Part shown: positions 1 through 11,042 of the stretch, in pieces
How the letters are laid out: every line of letters begins with the position of its first letter
How positions within the stretch are numbered: position 1 is the first letter of the stretch
Notes under the pieces: model-generated
The model's input: the letters and a program-made list of their open reading frames with translations, nothing else
Database searches by the model: none
What the model was told of the DNA's origin: nothing
Source of the DNA: Candidatus Nomurabacteria bacterium
GTDB taxonomy: Bacteria; Patescibacteriota; Minisyncoccia; Phycocordibacterales; UBA9973
Length of the DNA stretch: 64,000 nt
Assembly: GCA_963842815.1 (NCBI GenBank)
Contig: CAWJHU010000003.1
Span: forward strand, 27,683 to 91,682
Reading direction: 5' to 3'
Position numbers and translations under genes: made by a program

Positions 1-303
1 CATTACATCCGGTTTGAAAAGATTAAATTTTCCCAAAGCTTTATTTATAAAATAACGCAGCATTGCCTCCGTCACCCGATAGTCCGCAATGACTCCATCT
101 TTCATAGGACAGTAGGTAATGATGGAATCCGGTGTTTTTCCAATCATATCTTTGGCTTCAAAACCAATAGCTAAAATTTTGTTATCCTGTTCAGAAACCG
201 CCACCACAGAAGGTTCATTTAAAACTACTCCCTTGCCGGGCAAAAACACCAGAGTGTTTGCTGTCCCCAAATCTATGCCTAATTTTCTTGAAAAAATCCT
301 CAT
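1..303 (-). CDS. mreB: Rod shape-determining protein MreB (N-terminal portion; gene continues past window start)
   Basis: Reverse-strand translation from the ATG at 303-301 reads [62 protein letters not shown], the canonical MreB/actin N-terminus. There is no stop before the window edge, so the ORF track missed it. Confidence 0.7.
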   Translation of the reverse strand, partial: MRIFSRKLGIDLGTANTLVFLPGKGVVLNEPSVVAVSEQDNKILAIGFEAKDMIGKTPDSIITYCPMKDGVIADYRVTEAMLRYFINKALGKFNLFKPDVM

Positions 304-340
304 GAGCTAAATATATCACAAGTTATGCTAGAATTAAAAT

Positions 341-2293
341 ATGAAAATTGTGACAGTTATTCCCCTGGAAAAAGGAGCTTTCAAGCCGGACTTGACCTAT
401 TTTACTGCGAAAGATGTAAAAAATGGGAGCATAGTAAGCGTCCCCATACGCAATAAAAAAATTCTAGGCTTAGTTGTCTCCTGCCAGGACGTAACCAAGG
501 CCAAGTCCGGCATTAAAGACATGTCCTTCAAATTAAAAAAAATAATTGAAATTAAAAAGCACTCTATTTTTAGAAATGAATTTATAGAGTCCGCCCTTGA
601 ATTAAGTTCTTATTTTGTTTCTAAAAAAAATAGCGGAATCATTTCTTTTATTCCCGCCATCTTTAGGGAAAAATATGATGAGATAGAAAAATTTTCAAAT
701 GACAAAACAAACACGTCAGATTTTCTCTCGCCTGAAATTAAAACCGAAAAATTACTTTTCCAAACTTCTTTCGAAGACCGTATTTCCTATTACAAAACTT
801 TAATTCGCGGACAATTTGCCTTAAAAAAATCCGTTTTCATAGTATTACCCACAGAATATGACATAGAAATATTTTATCAGGCGCTTTCCAGGGGTGTAGA
901 AAATTTTACTTTTACAATGTACGGGGGGTTAAAACCTAAAAAAATCATTGAAAAATATGGACAAATAATAAATTCTTCCCATGGGGTATTGATTTTGGGA
1001 ACCTCTCAATTTTTATCTATTCCCCGTATGGACCTGGGAGCCATTATAGTAGAACACGAAAGCTCTAATGTTTACAAAATGTTTCCGAGACCGCATTTTG
1101 ATTCACGAATTTTTGCGGAACTTTTTGCTTCAAAAATCAATGCTAAATTTATATTGGGCGATACTTTATTGCGTTATGAAACCATCGCCAGAAAAGAAAT
1201 GGAAGGTCTAAGTGAAATTTATCCCATGTCTTTTAGAACAAATTTTAACGGGGTAAAAATAGATATCATAAATTCAAAAAAGGAAGAATCTCAAAGCTCA
1301 TCGAAAAAATCCTTTAAAATCTTGAGTGATGAAAGTGTTGAGGAAATAGGATATTCTTTAAAAAATAAAAAAAATGTATTTATTTTTTCGCTCAGAAAAG
1401 GATTGGCCACCTATACCGTATGTAAAGATTGCAATGAAACGGTAAATTGCGAGAAGTGTTTGGCTCCAGTGGTACTTTATTTTTCTCGGGACCGCAAAAA
1501 AAGAATGTTTGTCTGTAATAAATGTAATACTGAAAAAGACCCGGAAATTAAATGCGCCAATTGTGGCAGTTGGAATTTGGTGCCTTTGGGAATAGGCACG
1601 GATACGGTTTTTGAAGAGGTTAAAAAAGAATTTTCGAAAGTAAAAATTTTTAAATTAGATAAAGAATCAACGAAAACGGCAAAAGAAGCTGGGAAAATAA
1701 TTAAAGAATTTGAAAAAACACCAGGTTCTATATTAATAGGTACAGAAATGGTTTTTTTCTATTTAAAAGAAAAAGTTGACTTGTCCATCGTTGCTTCTTT
1801 TGACAGTCTTTGGACCATTCCGAATTTCAAGATGAGTGAAAAAATAATTCAAATATTGCTTTCCACTCTTTCTAAAACAGAGAAGAAACTCATTATTCAA
1901 ACAAAAAATGAAAATGATTCTGCGCTTTTGGCGGTTGAATCAAAAAATTTGCTTCCCTTTGTCCGGGAAGAATTGGAAGACAGAAAAAAACTGAATTATC
2001 CGCCCTATAAACGTTTTATCAAAATTACTTATTTAGGAAACAAGGAAGAATCAATTGAGGCAAAAAAAACACTGAGGGACCTTTTAAAAGATTATGCCCC
2101 TGAAATTTTTAACGGTTTCATCGCAAAAAATAAGAATCAATATGTAACAAATGCACTTTTAAAACTGGAACCGAAAAAATGGTCCTTACCTGAACTTTCC
2201 GCCAATTCTTCCATTGACCAAAATCTCTTTAATTTACTTTCCTCTCTTCCTCCTCCCTACGAAGTATCCGTGGACCCGGAAGATTTGCTGTAA
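341..2293 (+). CDS. priA: Primosomal protein N' (PriA)-like, Cys-rich zinc-binding region present but helicase Walker A/DEAH motifs degenerate
   Basis: 650 aa. It has a PriA-type CxxC...CxxC...CxxC...CxxC cluster (CKDCNETVNCEKC...CNKC...CANC) and a 3'-binding-domain-like N-terminus. No GxGKT motif is present, and the DEEH-equivalent reads IVEHESS. Confidence 0.55.
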   Translation: MKIVTVIPLEKGAFKPDLTYFTAKDVKNGSIVSVPIRNKKILGLVVSCQDVTKAKSGIKDMSFKLKKIIEIKKHSIFRNEFIESALELSSYFVSKKNSGIISFIPAIFREKYDEIEKFSNDKTNTSDFLSPEIKTEKLLFQTSFEDRISYYKTLIRGQFALKKSVFIVLPTEYDIEIFYQALSRGVENFTFTMYGGLKPKKIIEKYGQIINSSHGVLILGTSQFLSIPRMDLGAIIVEHESSNVYKMFPRPHFDSRIFAELFASKINAKFILGDTLLRYETIARKEMEGLSEIYPMSFRTNFNGVKIDIINSKKEESQSSSKKSFKILSDESVEEIGYSLKNKKNVFIFSLRKGLATYTVCKDCNETVNCEKCLAPVVLYFSRDRKKRMFVCNKCNTEKDPEIKCANCGSWNLVPLGIGTDTVFEEVKKEFSKVKIFKLDKESTKTAKEAGKIIKEFEKTPGSILIGTEMVFFYLKEKVDLSIVASFDSLWTIPNFKMSEKIIQILLSTLSKTEKKLIIQTKNENDSALLAVESKNLLPFVREELEDRKKLNYPPYKRFIKITYLGNKEESIEAKKTLRDLLKDYAPEIFNGFIAKNKNQYVTNALLKLEPKKWSLPELSANSSIDQNLFNLLSSLPPPYEVSVDPEDLL

Positions 2294-2304
2294 AAATGTA
2301 TTGA

Positions 2305-2332
2305 TTGACATATCAAATATAAAGTCTATATT
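2305..2332 (+). promoter_or_regulatory. Sigma70-like promoter (TTGACA-N16-TATATT)
   Basis: TTGACA at 2305-2310 and TATATT at 2327-2332, upstream of a small ORF with RBS AAGGAAAGGAG. Confidence 0.45.
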
Positions 2333-2357
2333 TAAGAAAAAAGGAAAGGAGTTCTTT

Positions 2358-2546
2358 ATGGAATATACTTACATTCCCTACTCTTGTATAGGGGAAATTC
2401 CGTTGGCTGATAGATTACCTATAGAATTTGAAGCTTTTTCGGATAAAGAAGCTCGGGGAAAAGCTGAAAAAATTAGCTCTCCAAAAGGTGGAAAACTTTT
2501 CAAAAAAATTGGAGAAATAAAGCCGGATGAATTTCAAAAAAAATAA
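2358..2546 (+). CDS. Hypothetical small protein (62 aa)
   Basis: The ATG at 2358 is preceded by a strong RBS (AAGGAAAGGAG) and a consensus-like promoter, and is followed by a GGGGTG/CACCCC hairpin terminator. The longer track ORF from 2214 lacks these signals. Confidence 0.35.
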   Translation: MEYTYIPYSCIGEIPLADRLPIEFEAFSDKEARGKAEKISSPKGGKLFKKIGEIKPDEFQKK

Positions 2547-2558
2547 TTTATCGAGCCT

Positions 2559-2597
2559 GGGGTGGATTTCAGATAATGAAATTCACCCCGTTTTTTT
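2559..2597 (+). terminator. Rho-independent terminator
   Basis: GGGGTG...CACCCC stem followed by a T7 run. Confidence 0.5.
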
Positions 2598-3270
2598 AGG
2601 CTACCAATACCGTAAACTCCCCTTTTTGCTTAATGGGATTTTTTAATAGATAATCTAAAAGTTCAGTCGGCGAACCGGTTTTAAATTCTTCATAAATTTT
2701 GGTAATTTCACGGGCGATACAGACTTTTTTATTGGGACAAAATTTTATAAGCGATTCTAAGGTTTTTAAAATGCGGTGTGGGGATTCGTAAAATACCATA
2801 GTGCGTTTTGAGCCGGCAATTTCTTTAAATAAAGTTTCTCTGCCTTTTTTATGAGGAAGAAAACCAAGAAAAGTAAATTCATGCGTCGGCAAACCGGAAG
2901 CCGAAAGCGCGGAAATAACAGCCGAAGCACCGGGTATTGGGATTACATCTACGCCATGGCTGAGATGTGTTTTGATTTGAGAAATGAGCATTGCGCCCGG
3001 GTCGGAAATAGTCGGTGTGCCGGCATCCGAAACCAAAGCCAAATTTTTCCCTTCTTCTAGTAATTCAAAAATTTTATCTACTTTTGCTAACTTACTTTGA
3101 GTATGATAACTCATCGTCGGCGTATTTATATTATATTTCTGTAAAATCTTTTTTGTTTCTCTGGTATCTTCACACAATATTAAATCCACTTCTTTCAGCG
3201 TTTCAATGGCCCGAAGAGTGATATCTCCCATATTTCCTATTGGCGTTGCAACCACATAAAATTTTGACAT
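2596..3270 (-). CDS. rsmI: 16S rRNA (cytidine1402-2'-O)-methyltransferase RsmI
   Basis: YVVATPIGNMGDITLRAIETL...DAGTPTISDPG, the tetrapyrrole-methylase fold typical of RsmI. The start was moved to the internal Met (MSKFYVVATPIGN) at 3270 to remove the 150 nt overlap with atpC. Confidence 0.8.
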   Translation of the reverse strand: MSKFYVVATPIGNMGDITLRAIETLKEVDLILCEDTRETKKILQKYNINTPTMSYHTQSKLAKVDKIFELLEEGKNLALVSDAGTPTISDPGAMLISQIKTHLSHGVDVIPIPGASAVISALSASGLPTHEFTFLGFLPHKKGRETLFKEIAGSKRTMVFYESPHRILKTLESLIKFCPNKKVCIAREITKIYEEFKTGSPTELLDYLLKNPIKQKGEFTVLVA

Positions 3271-3271
3271 T

Positions 3272-3718
3272 TTATTTACGATATTTTTTTGTCCTCCACT
3301 TGTCGGCAATTCGGACTTGAGTGAGTGAACGTTCCAGTTCTGCGGCAAAATGTTCATAGTCAACAACTTCTTTATTTTCCATTTGCTTTTTGAGCTCTTC
3401 GGCGCGAGTTTTGGCTTTTTCAATTTTCTCGTCCGTTAGTTCGGTAAGGTGTTCGGCAAAATCAGCTAAAACAGCCACGGTAGTGATTCCCTTTTCATCT
3501 TGTTTCACTTCTATAAATCCTCCAACGACAGCCATGGGCACATATTCGCCATTTACCAGAGCCACAATATCTCCGGATGCAAGAGAGGTTATGAGCGGAA
3601 TATGTTCCGGTAAAACCGTAATTTCACCCAGGGTGGTCGGCAGGCTGACCTGGTCCACCATTTCTTCCAGAACTAATTTTTCCGGTGTTATTATTTTTAA
3701 TTTCAGTTGTTTTGTCAT
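3272..3718 (-). CDS. atpC: F1Fo ATP synthase epsilon subunit
   Basis: ITPEKLVLEEMVDQVSLPTTLGEITVLPEHIPLITSL; last gene of the atp operon. Confidence 0.85.
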   Translation of the reverse strand: MTKQLKLKIITPEKLVLEEMVDQVSLPTTLGEITVLPEHIPLITSLASGDIVALVNGEYVPMAVVGGFIEVKQDEKGITTVAVLADFAEHLTELTDEKIEKAKTRAEELKKQMENKEVVDYEHFAAELERSLTQVRIADKWRTKKYRK

Positions 3719-3721
3719 ATT

Positions 3722-5098
<1,377 letters not shown>

Positions 5099-5109
5099 TT
5101 ATAATAATT

Positions 5110-6030
5110 TTAATTAACACTTGCCATGCCTGCGCTTATTTCCGATATCTCTCTGGTAATGTTGCTCTGGCGAGCTTTATTAAACACTAAAGTCAAATCC
5201 TCTATCATTTCTCCGGCCGCTTCGGAAGCATTTTTCATGGCTACCATTCGGGAAGATTGTTCAGAAGCATTTGATTCAAGAAACATCTGATATATTTGCA
5301 TCCTAATTATTTTTTCCGCCAGCGATTTTATCAATATTTCTTTGTTTCCTTCAAATAAATAATCCGTGACTTTTTCTATTTTATTTCCTTTATTTTTAAA
5401 ATCTTCTCCAAGCGTATCAATTAGTTCTTTCAATTCTGTTCTAGAAACCGGGATGACTTGCTTGATATTCGGTTTTTGAGAAAGGGCGGAAATAAAATCA
5501 GTGTAGGCGACTAAAACTTTATCATAGTGACCAAGATTGTATTCGTTTATCGCCAATTCCGAGATTGGTATAATGTCCGAAAGAGAAACATTATTAGGAA
5601 GTTCAAAAAAACTGGCAATAATATTTCTGCCAATGCGACGCATCATAGTATCTCCTTTTTTGCCCACAGTAACCAGGTCTATTTTTATATTATTGCTTTC
5701 ATCCCGAAGCATTGCTGCTGCCTTTTTTATGATTTGCGTATTATAGGCTCCGCAAAGTCCGCGGTTGGAAGAAATGAGAATAAGCAAAACATTTTTCTGC
5801 TCTTTTTTTTCTTTGACCCGTTCCACAAAGAGCGGATGAGTTATTTTTTCCGTATCTTTCGCAATAGAAGTCAAAACCTCCCAAGAATATTCGGCGTATA
5901 ATCGCGAAGCCAAAGTAGAAGACACCGCTCTTTTCATTTTTGAGGCAGCCACAAACTCCATCGCCTTAGTGATTTTCTTGGTGCTTTTGACCGATTTTAT
6001 TCGTCTTTTAATTTCCTTGGTGCTGGCCAT
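5110..6030 (-). CDS. atpG: F1Fo ATP synthase gamma subunit
   Basis: MASTKEIKRRIKSVKSTKKITKAMEFVAASKMKRA...; conserved gamma N- and C-terminal helices. Confidence 0.9.
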   Translation of the reverse strand: MASTKEIKRRIKSVKSTKKITKAMEFVAASKMKRAVSSTLASRLYAEYSWEVLTSIAKDTEKITHPLFVERVKEKKEQKNVLLILISSNRGLCGAYNTQIIKKAAAMLRDESNNIKIDLVTVGKKGDTMMRRIGRNIIASFFELPNNVSLSDIIPISELAINEYNLGHYDKVLVAYTDFISALSQKPNIKQVIPVSRTELKELIDTLGEDFKNKGNKIEKVTDYLFEGNKEILIKSLAEKIIRMQIYQMFLESNASEQSSRMVAMKNASEAAGEMIEDLTLVFNKARQSNITREISEISAGMASVN

Positions 6031-6035
6031 ATTTA

Positions 6036-7537
6036 ATTAAAATTATTCTTAAATTCTTCAATCGCCTTTTTTAATTCCTCTTCATCTTTTATCTGTCCAC
6101 AATTTCGGTTTCAACAACTTCTTTGTAAAACTTTTTAGCGTTATTTTCCGTATAATTTACTAAACCTTCTTCAAATTCTTTTATTTTATCTACCGCTACA
6201 TCATCCATATAGCCTTTGACAGTGCATAAAGTACCACAACTTGACGTTCTACTGCCATCGGCGCATATTGCGCTTGTTTTAACACTTCTACTGAACTTTT
6301 ACCACGTTCAAGTTGTTGCTTGGTGGCATTATCCAAGATCGGAACCAAATTGTGAAAAAGCTTCAAGTTCGCGGTACTGCGCCAAGTCAAGTTTAAGAGT
6401 TCCTGCCACTTTTTTCATGGCTTTAATCTGCGCCGTGGAACCGACACGAGACACAGAAAGGCCAACATTCACGGCCGGACGAATACCTTTATAAAAAAGA
6501 TCGGTTTCCAAGAAAAATTTGTCCATCCGTAATGGAAATAACATTTGTTGGAATATAGGCGGTTACATCTCCGGCTTGGGTTTCCACTATGGGCAGAGCG
6601 GTAATGGAACCGCCGCCGTATTCTTTATTTCTTCGGCAAGCGCGTTCAAGCAAGCGAGAATGCAAATAAAAAACATCTCCGGGATATGCTTCACGGCCCG
6701 GCGGACGTCGAAGCAGAAGAGAAATTTCGCGATAAGCGACAGCGTGTTTGGAAAGATCATCATAAATAATTAAAACATCTTTCCCTTGGTCCATAAAATA
6801 TTCGGCAATGGAAACTCCGGTATAGGGAGCAATGTAGGAAAGCGGGGCAGGTTCCGAAGCACCAGCAGAAACAATAACCGTGTAGGCCATCGCTCCGCCT
6901 TTTTCTAAACGGGTTTGAATTTTGCGAAGCTTGGAATCTTTTTGGCCGATTGAAACATAAACACAAATCATATTTTGGCCTTTTTGGTTTAAAATGGTAT
7001 CTATGGCAATGGCGGTTTTTCCGGTTTGACGGTCGCCGATGATAAGTTCGCGCTGTCCGCGACCGATGGGAATAATGGCATCAATAACTTTAATGCCGGT
7101 TGCCACCGGTTTGTCTACATACAGACGAGTAATTACTCCCGGCGCCACTTTTTCAATGGGATAAGTTTTGTCCGCCTTAATGGCTCCCTTGCCGTCAATT
7201 GCCACTCCCAAAGCATTTACAACTCTTCCTATAATATTGTCTGAAACCGGCACTTCCAGAATTTTTCCAGTTGCTTTAACTTCATCCCCTTCTTTAATTT
7301 TTGAAAAATCGTCAAGGATAATAACACCCACGGTATCTTCTTCCAAATTGAGAGCCACGCCTGTTTCTCCGTTTGGGAAAAGTTACCATTTCGGACGATT
7401 TTATATCGGACAAGTCCGGAAATTTTCGCGATACCGTCAAAAACTTCCAAAACATGACCAATTTTTTCAGCCTTTATTTTGAATGAGAAATTATCTATTT
7501 CTTTTTTTAAATTTTCTACAATATGGTTCGTACTCAT
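6036..7537 (-). pseudogene. atpA: F1Fo ATP synthase alpha subunit, interrupted by at least 5 frame disruptions (pieces 7229-7537, 6489-7358, 6329-6544, 6196-6390 plus C-terminal remnants)
   Basis: The N-terminal beta-barrel (MSTNHIVENLKKEI...[36 protein letters not shown]), Walker A ([15 protein letters not shown]), and C-terminal segments ([15 protein letters not shown]..., KQQLERG...[10 protein letters not shown]..., [18 protein letters not shown]...) all sit in different frames. Confidence 0.8.
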
Positions 7538-7639
7538 ATTTTTCTTATTAAATATTCTTGTAATTTTTTAATTTTATTTTTTACCGTTAAATCTATAATT
7601 TCATCATTCACTTCTATCCTTATTCCTCCCAATAATTTT

Positions 7640-7945
7640 TCATTCCAGCATTTCCATTAAAACAACTTCTTTGGCTTTATAATGTTTTTTTAGAAACAAG
7701 GTAAGTTCTTTTTTTGATTCTTCTTTTAATTTTTTTACACTCAAAACTTTCGCCACGATTCTTTCATTTTCATAATTGATTATCTTGCTTAATTGTTTTA
7801 ATATCTCTTTTGATTTTGACAATAATCGTCTGCGGGCAAGAAATTTCACTACCTTTTTATCTGTTTCCTGCAGTTCCACGCCTGTTTTATCTTTGGAAAC
7901 CAGGTAAATTGCGCGGACTATGTCGTTGTTTGATAAAGTGGCCAT
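7640..7945 (-). CDS. atpH: F1Fo ATP synthase delta (OSCP) subunit, unusually short (101 aa)
   Basis: Positioned between atpF and atpA. The C-terminal helix pattern resembles OSCP, and the N-terminal domain appears to be absent. Confidence 0.5.
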   Translation of the reverse strand: MATLSNNDIVRAIYLVSKDKTGVELQETDKKVVKFLARRRLLSKSKEILKQLSKIINYENERIVAKVLSVKKLKEESKKELTLFLKKHYKAKEVVLMEMLE

Positions 7946-7947
7946 TT

Positions 7948-8439
7948 TTATATATTATTTAACTCTTCCATCGTTTTTTCCTCAAAAGTTCCGTCTATTT
8001 TTTTACCCAGTATTTTTTCCGCTATCTTCACAGAGAGAGCGGTAATTTCAGTCTTCGCCTCCTCTACCATTTTTATTTTTTCATTTTCAAGATTTTTCTT
8101 GCCGCTTTCAATCATCACTGCCACTTCTTCTTTGGCTTTTTCCAACATTAAAACTTTTTTGGCTTCGGCTTCTTTTTTCCCCTCCTGGAATATTTTATCG
8201 GCTTCTTTGCGGGCTTTTGCCATAGCCTCTTCATACTGGGCTTTTGTGTTATTTAAAATTTCGGCATTTGACTTGGCATCATTTACTCCTTTTTCTATTT
8301 TTTCTCCGCGTTCTTTCATTATTTTAGCCAAAGGTCTGATGGCATACAAATATAAAACCGTAAAAACAATCGCAAAATTTATAATTTGAGCGATAATAAT
8401 TTTAAAATCTATGTGAAATGTATTGATGATTGAGTCCAT
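7948..8439 (-). CDS. atpF: F1Fo ATP synthase subunit b
   Basis: Single N-terminal TM helix followed by a long charged coiled coil (AQYEEAMAKARKEADKIFQEGKKEAE...). Confidence 0.8.
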   Translation of the reverse strand: MDSIINTFHIDFKIIIAQIINFAIVFTVLYLYAIRPLAKIMKERGEKIEKGVNDAKSNAEILNNTKAQYEEAMAKARKEADKIFQEGKKEAEAKKVLMLEKAKEEVAVMIESGKKNLENEKIKMVEEAKTEITALSVKIAEKILGKKIDGTFEEKTMEELNNI

Positions 8440-8508
8440 AAAAAACTAGCAAGCTAGGTGCTAGTGGCTAGGTTCTAGCATGCTAAAACCTAGAAACTAG
8501 AACCTAAT

Positions 8509-8733
<225 letters not shown>

Positions 8734-9633
8734 TTAATTATTAATAATAACGACCTCACTTTTTTCTTCGTGCCTATGTTCATCATGGTCTTCATCGTGG
8801 TCCGAAGCCCCAATGGTGAAATAAACAACAAGTAAAATTGAAAAAATAAGCGCCTGAATGACCCCCACAAGTATTTCCAAGAAGATAAATGGTATTGGAA
8901 TAACATAGGCCATCAGGGCCGCGATGGAAGCCAAAAGAACTTCTCCGGCGAAGACATTGCCGAAAAGACGGAAAGAAAGCGAAGCAATTTTCGCAAATTC
9001 GCCGATGATTTCAATTAATCCTACAAAGAACGTTACCGGAGCCACAAGGATGACCGTCGGGTCTTTTTTTATCTTTTTCCCTATTTCTCCAAGCACTTTC
9101 AGATTAACATATTTATTGAAAGTTTTCCATATGCCTATTGAAAAAACTCCGAAAAAATTTGCGCCCAAAACAGCCATAATGGCAAGTCCCAATGTCGTAT
9201 TTATATCGGCTGTGCCCCCCCGAAGAAATGGAACAAAAGAAAGCCCCTCTTTGCTTTTTTCCAAAATTCCAAATCCGCCCAATGGAATCAATCCCAGCCA
9301 ATTGTTTACCAGAATAAAAAAGAAAACAGAGATGGCAATTGGAAAAATTTTTATGGAAAGAGCCCGGTCGTTTGTAACTTGGTCGCACAGAGAAAGCGCG
9401 CCTTCAATAATAATTTCAAAAAGATTTTGAATACCCCGAGGAATCTCACGAAGTTTGGAACGAAGAATCAGCGCCATTATGACGATGATGATAACAGCGC
9501 CCCAGCTGGTAAAAAGAGCATTGGTAATTGTAAAATTTTTATTTTGATATATGGGTTCGGCAAAAAGTGTTGTCTCGTGCAATATTTGCTGTTGTCCTGT
9601 TTGTTGTGTTGTTGTATTTCCCTGTTGTTCCAT
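8734..9633 (-). CDS. atpB: F1Fo ATP synthase subunit a, with His/Asp/Glu-rich C-terminal tail
   Basis: SLSFRLFGNVFAGEVLL motif containing the essential Arg; polytopic membrane protein. The tail reads DHDEDHDEHRHEE. Confidence 0.85.
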   Translation of the reverse strand: MEQQGNTTTQQTGQQQILHETTLFAEPIYQNKNFTITNALFTSWGAVIIIVIMALILRSKLREIPRGIQNLFEIIIEGALSLCDQVTNDRALSIKIFPIAISVFFFILVNNWLGLIPLGGFGILEKSKEGLSFVPFLRGGTADINTTLGLAIMAVLGANFFGVFSIGIWKTFNKYVNLKVLGEIGKKIKKDPTVILVAPVTFFVGLIEIIGEFAKIASLSFRLFGNVFAGEVLLASIAALMAYVIPIPFIFLEILVGVIQALIFSILLVVYFTIGASDHDEDHDEHRHEEKSEVVIINN

Positions 9634-9636
9634 AAA

Positions 9637-9924
9637 TTATTTTTTATTTTGGTCTTCTTCTCTTTTTAACTTGGCGGCATACTTTTTTACGGCTTTTACA
9701 ATGCCATAGGACGAAATTAAAAAAGCCACGGCAGCCAGTCCTATAAGCATCCAAGGAGCTGTACCATAACGCCTATCAAGGGCCTTGCCCCCTATGGCCG
9801 CCAATATTACTGGCGCCGCAATCCAAGTTGAAATCTCACTGAAAACTTCCAGCGCCGGTACCCATAATACTTTATCGTTTTTCTTGTTTTTCTCCATAAC
9901 AACAAACGAATCCCCGTTATTCAT
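9637..9924 (-). CDS. AtpZ/AtpI-like small membrane protein of the atp operon
   Basis: 95 aa with two TM segments, immediately upstream of atpB, as for AtpZ/AtpI. Confidence 0.45.
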   Translation of the reverse strand: MNNGDSFVVMEKNKKNDKVLWVPALEVFSEISTWIAAPVILAAIGGKALDRRYGTAPWMLIGLAAVAFLISSYGIVKAVKKYAAKLKREEDQNKK

Positions 9925-9935
9925 CTGGGATTCAT

Positions 9936-10007
9936 GTGGGCGTGGTAGGAATCGGACCTACGGCCTCTGTCTTATCAGGACAGCGTTCTACCACTGAACT
10001 ACACGCC
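9936..10007 (-). tRNA. tRNA-Ile (anticodon GAU)
   Basis: The reverse complement GGGCGTGTAGTTCAGTGGTAGAACGCTGTCCTGATAAGACAGAGGCCGTAGGTCCGATTCCTACCACGCCCA folds as a cloverleaf with anticodon loop CTGATAA. Confidence 0.85.
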
Positions 10008-10057
10008 CGAAATCTACACGACCCAATAAAAATATAACAAAAAAAAATATTTTACGC

Positions 10058-10092
10058 AAATAAAAATCGCCCAATGGGCGATTTTTATTTTT
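10058..10092. terminator. Bidirectional hairpin terminator
   Basis: AAAATCGCCCAATGGGCGATTTTTATTTTT. Confidence 0.5.
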
Positions 10093-10106
10093 AAGAATCT
10101 AAAAAA

Positions 10107-10448
10107 TTAGTATTCTCGGCGTCCACCGCGATTTCCACCGCCGTAACCGCCATTGCCTCCGCCGTATCCGCCGTTACCTCCTGTGCGAGGTGGTCTTGCT
10201 TCCATTGGGCGAGCCTCATTGACTGTGAGTTTTCGTCCTTCAAATTCTTGGTCATTGAACATCGAGATAGCATTGGCTGCTTCCTCGGCTGTGGACATTT
10301 CCACGAATCCAAAACCTTTTGAGCGACCGGACATTTTGTCCATGATAATCACAGCTGATGCAACGTTGCCAGCTTGTGCGAAGAGGTCTTTTAGGGCATC
10401 TTCTTGAACACTGTAAGGGAGTCCCCCTACATATAGCTTTGTAGCCAT
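10107..10448 (-). CDS. RRM-domain RNA-binding protein with Gly-rich C-terminus
   Basis: RNP2 LYVGGL and RNP1 KGFGFVEM, with a C-terminal GGNGGYGGGNGGYGGG tail. Confidence 0.85.
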   Translation of the reverse strand: MATKLYVGGLPYSVQEDALKDLFAQAGNVASAVIIMDKMSGRSKGFGFVEMSTAEEAANAISMFNDQEFEGRKLTVNEARPMEARPPRTGGNGGYGGGNGGYGGGNRGGRREY

Positions 10449-10671
10449 ATTCTTTCTTCTCTCATTTTTTAAAAACGAGCAAAAAATTATTATAATGCGT
10501 AGATACTCTTGTCGCTCAATGATCTCTTTGATGCAAAAACTTAATCAAAACTCACAATTAAAACAAAAAAGCTCTTGGAGAAACTACTTGTAAAGCATAC
10601 CACAAAGTAAATAAAAAGCAAAAGAAAAATCCGCCTTGGTAGTTGGATTTTCCCAACCCACTATAAGCGGA

Positions 10672-10905
10672 TTATTTTTTTTCTTCACCTTCTTTTTCAA
10701 TGACCTTGGTTGACATTGAGCCAGCAATAAAGCCAGCAACAACAAGACCAAGACCTGCCAAAGTAACAATTTGTTCAACATTCTTAGCACCCTTTAATGT
10801 ATTTTGTGCTAAGTTGATGGTTTTAATTGTTTCGTCGGCAATCTTTTGAGCTTTTTTTTCAAGCTCAGGATCAAAGAAGAAACCACGAATATATTTCTGA
10901 AACAT
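10672..10905 (-). CDS. Hypothetical small membrane protein
   Basis: 77 aa with a C-terminal TM helix and no recognisable family. Confidence 0.3.
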   Translation of the reverse strand: MFQKYIRGFFFDPELEKKAQKIADETIKTINLAQNTLKGAKNVEQIVTLAGLGLVVAGFIAGSMSTKVIEKEGEEKK

Positions 10906-11042
10906 AGAACCTCCAATAATTTATGATTGATGATTATTTTAGTTCTTTCTACTCATTACAATGTACAACTTTTATATTGCACAAAGTAAAGCATATATGA
11001 ATATAAAAGTCAATAGCTGTATTAGGCTGCAAAATGAGGCTT

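Noticed and set aside
119-310. Plus-strand 63-aa ORF at the window start
   Set aside because: It is the antisense shadow of the mreB N-terminus encoded on the minus strand.
2214-2357. Upstream part of the 110-aa ORF 2214-2546
   Set aside because: It overlaps the priA 3' end and the promoter. The RBS and promoter support the internal ATG at 2358 instead.
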